NCBI GenBank assembly: GCA_051294375.1
Contig: CM119266.1
Location: 1,121,554-1,185,553 of the forward strand
Direction: 5' to 3'
Origin: Paraspadella gotoi
Taxonomy: Eukaryota; Animalia; Chaetognatha
Length of the DNA stretch: 64,000 nucleotides
Part shown: piece by piece, positions 1-10,476 of the stretch
Position numbering within the stretch: position 1 is the first letter of the stretch
Layout: every line of letters starts with the position of its first letter
The notes under the pieces: generated by a model
Told to the model about the DNA's origin: nothing
Databases searched by the model: none
The model's input: the letters and a program-made list of their open reading frames with translations, nothing else
Program-made: the position numbers and the translations under genes

Positions 1-853
1 GAAAAGTATTTTTAATTTTTTTTTCCAAATAGTGATTTAGTTAGATCTACGATTATTAATAATATTATAATCTTTAACACTTACTGAATGCGGCAATAGA
101 AAGAGCAATTTTAAGTTTTCTGGCTTTTCCATATCGCTTCAAATATAAAATAAATTTCAAAATTTAAATTCTCGAAATAGAAATCGATTTCAATAGAATT
201 TGAAGCAGGCGATCATACAAGTGAATTCAGGCTGTCATATACAGTATATATTAACGAATTTCCTGCTACCATAGGATTTAAGTTGTCAGGGCACGGCGCC
301 ACAACCTAGTATGCAATTTTCACGCAAATATCGGTTTAATAGGTTAATTGATGGCACTTTTTTTTAAAGCCAATAAGCGTGACACACTTGTGGGGTAAGA
401 AAAAAGGAGAAAAAACCTACGTGCATACGGCGACCTTCGCACTGGAGTCAACGCAAAAGGATATATATATATATATCAATAATTCATATGTATCATCTGT
501 ACAAATTCCATAATAAAAAACTAACGCAAAGGCTAAAATAACGAATTTTGCCCCGATTATCCAACGTTTTGATTCTAAGTCAAAACGCACGCGATTTTGT
601 TTTATAACATAACATTTATAAATAACTAAGAGTAATAACTGTAACCGCAAAATAAATTGCAGTGACCTAATCGCTTTGACTTGTGAAAACAAAATTTTTT
701 TAGCAAAATTCAACGACGAAAAAATAGACGGTAAAGATCAACAAGGGTTGGGGTAGACAAATATTTGAAACTTTTAAAAAAGGCTGGGAAAAATTTCGGT
801 CGCAATTTTCCCCCCAAATTTTTTGGTGTGCGTTTTTGTTTTTTTGTTTTTTT

Positions 854-3800
854 TTACGCTCGAGGATCCCAATCGGACTGCGCGCCGTTTTTGACTTGGC
901 CGTTAGCCATGGGATAGTAGCCCCCGCGAAGAGGCATTCCGAAGGGCATAGACGAGGTTCCGTTGCTGACCAGCGATTGGGGCAAGTGCCCGTTGAGTTC
1001 GTTAAGTTGAGGCGCGACGGGGGTTGGGGCGGGGAGGAAAGGCTGAGTCTGGGCGGAAGGATGGGAAGGTCGAAGCGGGCGGCGATCCTCTTTGGAAGGA
1101 GCGTCCTGATTGCTGGGCTTGACCAGATTGTTTATGGCGACGGTGACGCCATTGGTGAGTCCGTTCAACTGGCGCAAGGGAGCGTGTGGAGGTTTGGAGA
1201 GGAGCGACGCGAGAGGGGGCGCGTTGATTGGTTTTTCCGAAGGCTTCGTCGTCGGGGGCGCCGTCGAGTTGGGCATGACGACGACGGTTGATGGAGAGAA
1301 CTAAGAAAGAGGGCGAAGAGATACTTCAAGCGGTAAGGCGACAGCAACGTTGCTAACAGCATAATCGTGATTCAGTCGAAACCTTACACCCGATTACTAA
1401 ATTGTTTTTGATATTTAATCTGAAGTTATTTGATTTGATTTAGTACTTTTAAATATTTTTGAAATAAAATGAGCACACAATCAACAAAGATCGCAACTAA
1501 AAAGTCAACAAAGAACCTCCTCCTTCATAACCACCCGACTTTTCCATGTTTAATAAAAATTCCTTACGTCCGTGAGGGGTTCCGGACGAAGCGAAGGGGG
1601 GAGGTAAGCGGTTGGCAGAGGCAACTGAGTTGAAGCGACGGAAGATCTCTCCTGGTTTCCGTTTTGGTCTGCTTCGGGAGCCTCCTGTCACAGAAGACGG
1701 ATTTTTTGTTTGTTTTAAAAGTACAAAGATTTAAAAAATACTTAAAAAGNNNNNNNNNNCACAGCTGAAGGTAACAAAGGTATAACTGGCTGTTGGCTGG
1801 TCTCCACCGCTGGACGAATGGGGGAAAGGGTGGTCTGATTGTCCAAAACGTGCAATGGAAAACTCGCGGAGGATGTCGAGTCTGAAAAAGGAAACGTGAG
1901 ACAAAGTTGACATAAGAAACCAGTCGGATGACTAACGGATTGGCAAATTCTACAGGAGAAAATTAACGGATGTTTGTTAGCCGTCACTTCAATTAGCATT
2001 GGCCAACATCTTTTCAGTGTCATTCATTCATTCATTCATTCATTCATTCATTCATTTATTCATTCATTCATTCATTCACCCACCCCGTTTTCCTTACCCG
2101 TGGTACTTCCGTTGAGCCGAAGCTCGATGGCGTCGTTGGTCTCGTTCTGATCGGGTTCGCAGCCGCCGACGTGGGAGTCGCCGCCTCCGCCGGGCTCTTC
2201 GCCCGGTTCCAGCTCCGTTGAGTGGACACCCGGTCCCGCGTCGGACTTGACGACGCGACCGAGTTGACCGATGCGTTCCTCGACGCATCCGGCAGAAAGG
2301 CGCGCCTCGGCGTCGTGGTCCCAACATTCCTCGATCGTTTCGATGAAGCACATCATGCCCTGATGAGGGTGATGAAAGATTTTGAAATCGAAAAAAATCA
2401 TGGAAGGGTTTTTAGCAAGTGCAGTTCTCAAAAATTGATACTCACGTAATGCTTTTGCCAGGCGTCCTTCAGCTGCGGCCTCAGCTTTTTGTGCACGACG
2501 ACTTCCTGCATGTCTTCTAGAGAGGGATGCTGTCCGACCTCGTCTTCGAAGGGAAGGGTGTAATCCTCGACGGGACCGTCGACGGCAGAGCATCTCGTCA
2601 GCAACTCCCAGAGAACCAGTCCGCAGGCGTACCTAAAAAGGAGACGAGATGAGTGTTGAGGACTAATTACTTGGTAAAACCCAACACATCACGATAACGA
2701 CCAAAAATTATCAAATATTAATTATCTTACATGTCAATTCGAAGGAAGGCGTCCCGAGAAAAATTAATGGCACCTTCTAGAACCTCCGGCGCCATGTAAC
2801 GACGAGTTCCGACCTGAGATAGAATCGAGGAAGGGTCATTAAGTTTAAAAATCATTATATTAAACCTGTTAAATCGAGAAATATATCGTAGGCAACACAT
2901 CAAAAATATATATTTTTTCTAAAGGAAAATAACAAAAGTCAAATAGTTGAATAGGTATTTTGAAAAAGATTTATCGATCTGGTTGATAAAAAATTCCAGG
3001 TAAATAGTTAAAACATGGTTGAAATAAATTTTGAAGGGGAAGTAAAGACATAAATCTTGTTACCCCGTTTGTTTTCCCATCTTTTTTTATTTTTAAGTTA
3101 AATAGATTGAACCTAAATATTAATATCTATCTAGTCGCGAGGGAAGAAAACTCGCCTGTCCGTGAGTGTCGCCTGGATTTTTTCCCGGCTCGAATTTGAT
3201 GGCGAGACCGAAGTCGGCCACGCAGGCAGTTAAGTCGCTCTTCAGAAGCACGTTCTTCGATTTGAAGTCACGGTGGGCGATGGCAGGTTTGTTGTGATTC
3301 CCATTTCCTGATTATTAACAAGAAAAGATTAACGAGTTATAAAATTAAAATGATTATCATCGTGAGAGACGTGATTAACAAGCCCAGACCCCCTCTCACC
3401 GGGTATATCCTCGTGAATAAACGCCAGACCGGCGGCCATGGTCTCGGCGATGCGGCAGAGTTCGTTCCAGGTGACCAGGTGGGCCTTGAGGTAGTCGTAG
3501 AGCGATCCGAGAGGGTGGTACTCGGTGACGAGCCAGAGCTCCATGGAAAGGCTGTCCCCGCGCTTCTCGGCCCCGATAAAGTCGAGCACGTTGTCGTGCT
3601 TGAGAGCGGGGAGGGAGTAGATCTCCTGCTCGGACAACCACGATTGTTTGTCCTGCAGCGGGAAGATCTTGACCGCGACAGTCTCCGTCGCTGACATTTG
3701 GGCTTTCCAGACAGCGCCGAATCGGCCGCGAGCCTGCAGGGGCGGCGGAGTGTGTTATTTAACAAATATGTGGATAAAGCGTTATGTGGGCTGACATCTT

Positions 3801-6747
3801 TAGCAATGGAAAGATTTCTGTGCTTAAAACCAAGCCCCAAAGGCAGTTTACGGCCGTCCTCAAGCTTCCTGTAGGGTAAGTACCTTCGGGATTCGAGCTC
3901 GGTACCTAATGTTCATGGGCTGACGGATTTACTCATTGAGCCATAGGCGGGATGAACTTACCGCAATGCCCGACTACACATATGACTTGTATATGAGTCG
4001 TAAAGTAAGAACCCCCCCCCCTTATTTTAGTAGACGCTTCAAAAATTTCTCGCCTTTATCTCGAGCAACTGCAGGGGCCTCAGGCGGCCGAGATGCGGCG
4101 TTCCTCCCGGAGAACGCCCTTCGTCGCTCTGGTGGTCGTCGTGGGTCGGTACGGCATGGTGGCGCGAGTCGATCCTCTTCTGTCGTCGGTAGATGGCGAA
4201 GGCGGCGGCGATGAAGAGGAGACCCACCGCAGGAATAATCATCGCGTAGCCGATGGTCGCGTGAGGATTGGGCGTCGGCGGCGGGGTCGCTTCCACTGGA
4301 AAAAAAAGAAATAAAAATATATATGTATAAGAAAAATATTGGGATAAGAATGACTTGTTATAATATATACGTATTTATTTCGCTTGTACAAAGAAGAGTT
4401 ATAGCTATGACGTAGATAGGTTGCTAAAATAGTACAGAAGGCTTCATATTACAAAATGTGACCAGAATCTGGTCCAACCAAACTACCCGATCGAATTTTA
4501 TGAAATTTTACATATAGATATAAACGGGATTTTGATATTCAACCCCTGACAAGATATACAAGTCCTTGGGGCTGGACCCCTGGGGGTCCAAAAAAGGCCA
4601 AAATTTTTTTTTATATTTTAATATTTTTAGTAGCATCAGTACATTGACATCTTAAACATGTAAAAAAACATTTTATCACTAAAATTGATAAAATTTTAAT
4701 AATTAAGCATTGTTTGAAGATGCATGGTTCATCGTTTTACTTCCAATTTTTCCAAATTATTCCAAATCTGACTTGAACCGCTGATGACATCAGTGATGTT
4801 CATGAAGTTGAAAATTAAGGTAAACTAATATTTTTTAGGTAATACAGGGGTGGGACCCTATATCGAGACAAAACTTAACGTCCTGCCCGATCTGAACGAT
4901 TTGATACACATTAATAAAATGAATGGTAAAAGTTTTTTTGGGCTTTTTACTTTTATATACAATGAAAAAAAAATCAATTTTTAAGCAACTACAAGGCGTC
5001 ATAGATTTTTTCGTTTTTATGCGCGCGCATTGTATTGCATACGATAAAAGCCATACTTAATATTTTTCAGTTGTCGTTTCTGATTTTATGCTTTTCATCA
5101 CCATCCAAATTAAACCTATTTAATTTTTCTTCAGGTAAGTAAGAAAAAATTTTACGAAGATTATAACGAATATGCTTAAATTGTCAAATACTTTATATAT
5201 TTCTTACCTTTTTAACGTTTTTATTATACATTAAGAAATTTTACTTGATAAATTTAATTATCTGATAATATAGTTAATAAATTTCTTGATAAAAGTTTTA
5301 ATAAAAATTAAATCATAACAGTAACCTAAATATTTTTAACATTTATTTATTTTTCTTCCTAACCGAGCGGAGAAAACCGAGCAGTTGCCTTTGCTTCATC
5401 AAAAAAAGCATAATATCAAAGAATTTCAAAACAATTAATATATAGTCTAAAAGCTAAGAAAGAATATTTATTCAGATTTTAAAAATCATTAAAAGCTTTC
5501 GAGTAATGATTTTTTAAATTTTGTTTCCATATAATGTCCAACCTATGTAAATACGTTTTTGTGGAAGAGTAAACGTCTGTGCAACTGTTCAAAACAAAAA
5601 TAATTTTAAAAAATGAAAAAAAAATTATGACTACTTTTTGTCCCAATGGGCTCAGGGGTCAAATATTGAAATTCGCCTCGATAGTTCTATTTATATTCAC
5701 ATAGGGATCATTCATAGCAAATTTCAATGTTTTCTCGGAACGTGTTCTGGTCACAAAAAACGGGTACCTCTTTTTATAATATGAAGCCTTCTGTAGTCTT
5801 TTATTGATTTGTCTTGTTTTGTTTTTCTTGATATTCTATCCTCCCCTTATTCCTCTATTACCAGTCGGCGGCGGCGGGCTCGTGGGTTTGATGATAACGC
5901 TAAATTCGTCGTTGCACATATCGCCCTCGCAGCAGCAGAAGTGCACCGGTTGAGGGTCGGACTTGGTGGCCACGCAGTCGGACTTATCGTAACACTCCAT
6001 GTCGTTCAACCAACATCCCGCCTTCACCATAGAAGGGACGCCTTGGACGAAGAGATAATAAAATGGAAGTGAAGATTGAAATGGTTTGAAAAGCCAACTT
6101 GAAATGTTGCTCAGAATTTTACCGGTCAAATTGCTCCAGGAGGCGTAACAATGCGCTCGCTTTCCTTCTTCCGGTTGCGCGCAGTAATGCTTTACTTCGT
6201 TGCATCTGTCATTTCAAAAAAAAATTGTACCATGTCACTGGTGCTATAAATAACTTGGGACAAGATCAGTTACCACAGATCACCAACCTGCATCTGTCGT
6301 CATCAGGGTTTCGGGTGCATAAGTTGTCCGTCTTCTTGAAACAATCATTGTTAAACCACTTGCACACGAGGGCGCCGCTCTGGCCGGAGAGGGCATACCG
6401 CTCTGGGACAACTCGCCCGCGACCTTCGCCGCCGCCTTGCGTCTCGAAGGCGCCGTCGCCGAGGCCGCCAACGAAGAAAGCGGAAGAAGAGGGGGGCGTG
6501 GTTGAGAGTAGAAGCCCGTGGACCACTATTGAGAATAACAAAAAAATTTAAATGGTTAAATTTTACTTTGGCCGACTGGGATTTACATATTCCTACGTAA
6601 TGCGTAATATACGATCGTTTTATAATTCATTTTAACGGATATAGTTTCGAAATTCGAACTTTTCAAAAATACATTACATTTTAAATATAATTACATTTAG
6701 ACGGACTTACTCAGCAAACAACAGAGTCCCCGTTTCTCCCGTAACAT
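854..6747 (-). CDS. ACVR2: Activin receptor type II (ActRII/punt-like TGF-beta family receptor Ser/Thr kinase), about 13 coding exons
   Basis: Exons (minus): 6747-6711, 6525-6288, 6205-6123, 6041-5862, 4295-4054, 3733-3400, 3307-3156, 2813-2731, 2632-2446, 2359-2098, then probable tail exons 1881-~1760, 1684-1568, 1300-854. Translation gives the ectodomain motifs [14 protein letters not shown] and [10 protein letters not shown], a TM helix ([22 protein letters not shown]), and kinase motifs [53 protein letters not shown] and [19 protein letters not shown]. Splice phases are consistent. The three tail exons are less certain than the core. Confidence 0.95.
3878..3951 (-). mobile_element. tRNA-derived SINE head or tRNA pseudogene in an ActRII intron
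   Basis: The reverse strand has an A-box-like TGGCTCAATGAG and a B-box-like GCTCGAATCCC at tRNA-like spacing, but no intact cloverleaf. Confidence 0.45.
4435..5793. mobile_element. Non-autonomous TA-targeting DNA transposon (Tc1/mariner-like) in an ActRII intron
   Basis: Perfect terminal inverted repeats CAGAAGGCTTCATATTA ... TAATATGAAGCCTTCTG, flanked by TA on both sides. Imperfect subterminal inverted similarity (TGTGACCAGAA/TTCTGGTCACA, ACCCCTGA/TCAGGGGT). No transposase ORF in the interior. Confidence 0.8.
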
Positions 6748-8093
6748 GATTTTCGTGAAAGAGTGAGACCCAAGATTAATTAGTCAGCATCAATTAATCG
6801 AGTTCTTAATTATTTTATATTTTTATCCTCCAGTTGTTTTTCGAGATTCGCGAATGGTTGGAATCGTCGAGCCGAGCTTTGCCTCCGAAAAACATCCTTC
6901 GCAAAAAGAGACCCTGGGGGACAAATGAAGGGCGAGAGTCCGTCGACGATCGCCTCGACGAATCCGAGGCGTTAAAGTGTCAGAGGCGCCGGAAATGGCC
7001 CAGCATCGTCGATTGTACCATGGGAAAAAGTTTTTTTTACGACCTGGATCGAAAAAATGGCGTCGAGGATTGGAGCACAAACACACACACACATACAAAA
7101 ACCACCACACAGTGGTGGAGTTGGAGCAGGAGACAAGAAAGGAGAAGAGATTGAGAAGGTTCGCGCGTCGGACGTCAGAGGGCGGACAACAAAGAGAGGA
7201 CTCGGAAGAGAGAATTCTCACTCGGTCCGAATCAAGGAAAGGGAACCGAATCTTTTGTTTTTATTACGAGGTTAAACGTACCAGGGTACAACTACGAATT
7301 AGACGGAACTGGGAAACGCATATTATATCGTCGAGATGGTCTAGCTATTATTCGAAAAACATTTATTAAATTTAGTGCTAATTGTCATTTGCATTTCATT
7401 CTTTAAAGGTTATCGGAAACGTTGTTGAACTTTAAACTGTGAAACTTTTCGCTGACTGGCACTGTTGTAGTCACAAAATGATATCGATTAACTGGGTAAA
7501 ATCTTGGTGAGAAAAAAATCAATCCTCGGAACCGTTCTTAGATTCAGTTCCGCTTGTATCTATATGTACTATTATGTACTAATATGTTATTTAAGCGGTT
7601 GATCTGGACTGAAACATATGAGAATATCAATCAAAATAAAAAGAAGTCGAAACATTTTCATAAATATTTTTGATCGTATGATAATAAATCATAAAATGCC
7701 ATGTTTGAATCAAGAAAAGGATTAACATAAAGCTAGTACCTACCTTCTTATAAATTAATTTATAATTAATTGTATCCGTTCAAAAAAATGTAAAAAATCC
7801 TTGAACAAGTTGAGATAAGTTATACATCCATCATTCATTATGATTATAATTCTTTAACCTCACAAAGCGCGAAGGACGATAAAGTTAGGATAAAAAGTTT
7901 TGGTAGAAATCACATCTTAACTTGGATAACAACATAACCAATAGGCATATCCTGGCAATAGTAAGATCAAAGTAAAACATTTAACAACGTATGCAATACA
8001 AAAAAATGTCGGTATCAAAGTAACAGGTCAAAAAACTCGTCGATATTCTGCTTTTAAAATAATTTTTTGACCACCACAGGGAAAAAAATATTA

Positions 8094-9831
8094 TCAAATC
8101 GAAGGGGAGTTGCTAATCCGTTTCCACAACACCGTCTTGATCTCGTTAAGCAAAAGCGTCGTCTCCACGTCGACCCGGTCGCTCTTGCTCTCCAGCACGG
8201 AGCACCGGGCGAACAACCGCCTAAGCTCCTCTCCAACGTCGGTTGGTGCCTCGTGCAGAAGATACTCCTCCAACATTTTACAGCCCAAGTGCAGGTTGGG
8301 CCGGACAATGTCGCCAGTGCAGCGCTCAGCACTCTCGTCGCACATGGTCGTGCAGTGGGGAGTGAGCTGGCAGTCGTCGGCGGAGCGGCAGGGGCGCAAG
8401 GTCAACGACGCCGCCAGTGTCTCGCGGGAGATCAGCATGGAGAGATTGAGGAATCTGGCGTCGTGTTTGAGCGAATGGCCGACGTTGGCTGCGCTTGTGC
8501 CGCAGAGGAAAAAGGAGCCCGCTAAATCGTGGGCGTGGATGTGGGCTATGAATTCGAGTACGCCCACGCCCACCTTGGCCCGATGAGGCCAAGACGGAAC
8601 GCCCCACAGATGGCGCCGGGGGAAGAATATGTCTAGGACGGAGCGGGAAGAGGTGGCGGGGCGAAAGAGTCTTTTGACTGGTACATGGTCGACGACGAAG
8701 GCGCCGCCACAAAATCCCCGGAGTCGGGGGACCTGGTCCGAGTCCTGTTGGAGCGAAAATAGGAATTGTATTTCGAAATCTTGAAAAGTGCCTTTTTTAA
8801 TCGACACAAAATGACAACAAACCAAGCCTATTGCGCTCGAAGAGACCAACAAAACAGTTTTAAAATTAGCCACATAATTGTAAGCATTCACCCAATAACA
8901 ATAATTTTATTTCTATATAGCCTAGAGAAAATTATTTCTCAGTCTAATCAGCTTCACTCAACTTTCCCTCCTACCTGGAACAGCCAAGAGGCGAAAAAGT
9001 CACTGCTCTTCAACAAAGCCCAAATGCTCTTGGCTTCGGCAAGGCTGACTTTGCCGTCTTTGTCAGCATCGGCGGCGTCCATTAGCCGATCGCACAGGGT
9101 ATTGAGGGAGGCGGCGGAAGCGGCCTTGCCGAGTCGTACCTTGAGGTAGTCGACGAGCATGTCCTTGAAGGCTGTCATTGGGACACCCTTCACCGGCTGA
9201 GCGTAGACGGACGCGGAGAGGTTGAGACCCGAAGAATATCGATGAGCGGGCGTCAACTTGACGAAGACATGGTCCTTGGCCGGCGTTCGAGTCTTTGAGG
9301 GGAGGACTGGAGGAGTTCATAAAGATATTTAACGCCATAGTAAATTGCGAAACCGAAATGAAAAAAAGGTTAGTCAACTAACTTGCGTGAAATAAGAGTT
9401 GATCTCCGATCGCCGATTCGCAAGAGTCCAACGTCATTGTTTTACGCACGCAGAGATCCTCGCAAAACTTTCCCGCCACTTCGCCCCGAGCGAAGGAGTC
9501 ACAAAGCAAGGCCTGAGGGGGGGGGACGGGAGTCACAGTAGATAATTTAATGTCGGAATTTGTATTTGTTACAGAATTCTTTTACACAACTAAAAGTAAA
9601 AAGTCTTGTCAATAAAATACCAGCGTTTTTCAATTCCCATGAACCCATTGAAATTTAAAACCCGCCCCCGCCTCTCCCAAATTTTTTCACCTGTATCTCC
9701 CTTCCGCGACATGGGTCCTCCCGCGTTAAAAGGCAACAGATCCAAACGACGACAAGGACGACGAAGAGAGAGATGACGCACTGCTTGAATCTCGGGCGGG
9801 CGCGGATGACGGGAAACTTTTTTCTACCCAT
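8094..9831 (-). CDS. DIPK1: Divergent protein kinase domain 1 / FAM69 family type II membrane protein
   Basis: Exons 9831-9691, 9512-9383, 9306-8975, 8744-8094, all GT-AG with consistent phases. N-terminal basic stretch plus TM (CVISLFVVLVVVWICCLL), then LCDSFARGEVAGKFCEDLC, an EF-hand-like DADKDGKVSLAEAKSIWALL, VPRLRGFCG, and a Cys-rich C-terminus (CRSADDC...CTTMCD...C...PNL) typical of FAM69. Confidence 0.88.
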
Positions 9832-10476
9832 GTCGAGGATGACTGAGAGAATGAGTTTGTTGAGGGAAAAGTTGGCGACGATAACGGATCAGGATTGCTG
9901 CTTAAGTCGTTAACGAATTTTGTGTGTTTTTTTGTGGTAAAATCAAAATTGTCGAAACCAATGGGTAGTGGCTCTCGAATCTCCGACGATCGAAGAAGAT
10001 TGCCATCGATCGCGAAGACAAATCATTGGATTAACCATCGCTATTTCTAAGTCAAATTTTTTTATTTAATTCTGGAAAAATACATTTTAAAAAAATGTTT
10101 ATTAACAATGAGTGCGGAAGCTTTGATAACAATCAGGTCCAGCGGGATTTATTACCACCAAAGCTCGGGCGAATCACGGGACCAGGAAACTACCATTATA
10201 CTTATCACGGCCTGCTAAGAGTACGATCGTTTTAAATTGAATAAACTATAATGGACTGTAACTATCGCAATAGACCTATCTATATGTAAAAGTCAAACTT
10301 CTCCTCAAAGGCTTAAAATAATCTAAAAATGGGCGTAACTTCTCTTGAAAGAAATACTGGAAAAACTGGTTGTCAAAATAAACAATAAACAGAATAAACT
10401 AAAACAAAGGAAAAGAATTCTCTTATAGAAAGTAATTAAAACAAAAGTTTCGGAGACGAGGACCCTATCACCGCCC

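Noticed and set aside
9381-9390. GCAAGT as a GC donor in DIPK1
   Set aside because: The next exon needs phase 1, which the GT donor 4 nt later (GCA A|GTTAGT) provides; not counted as GC-AG.
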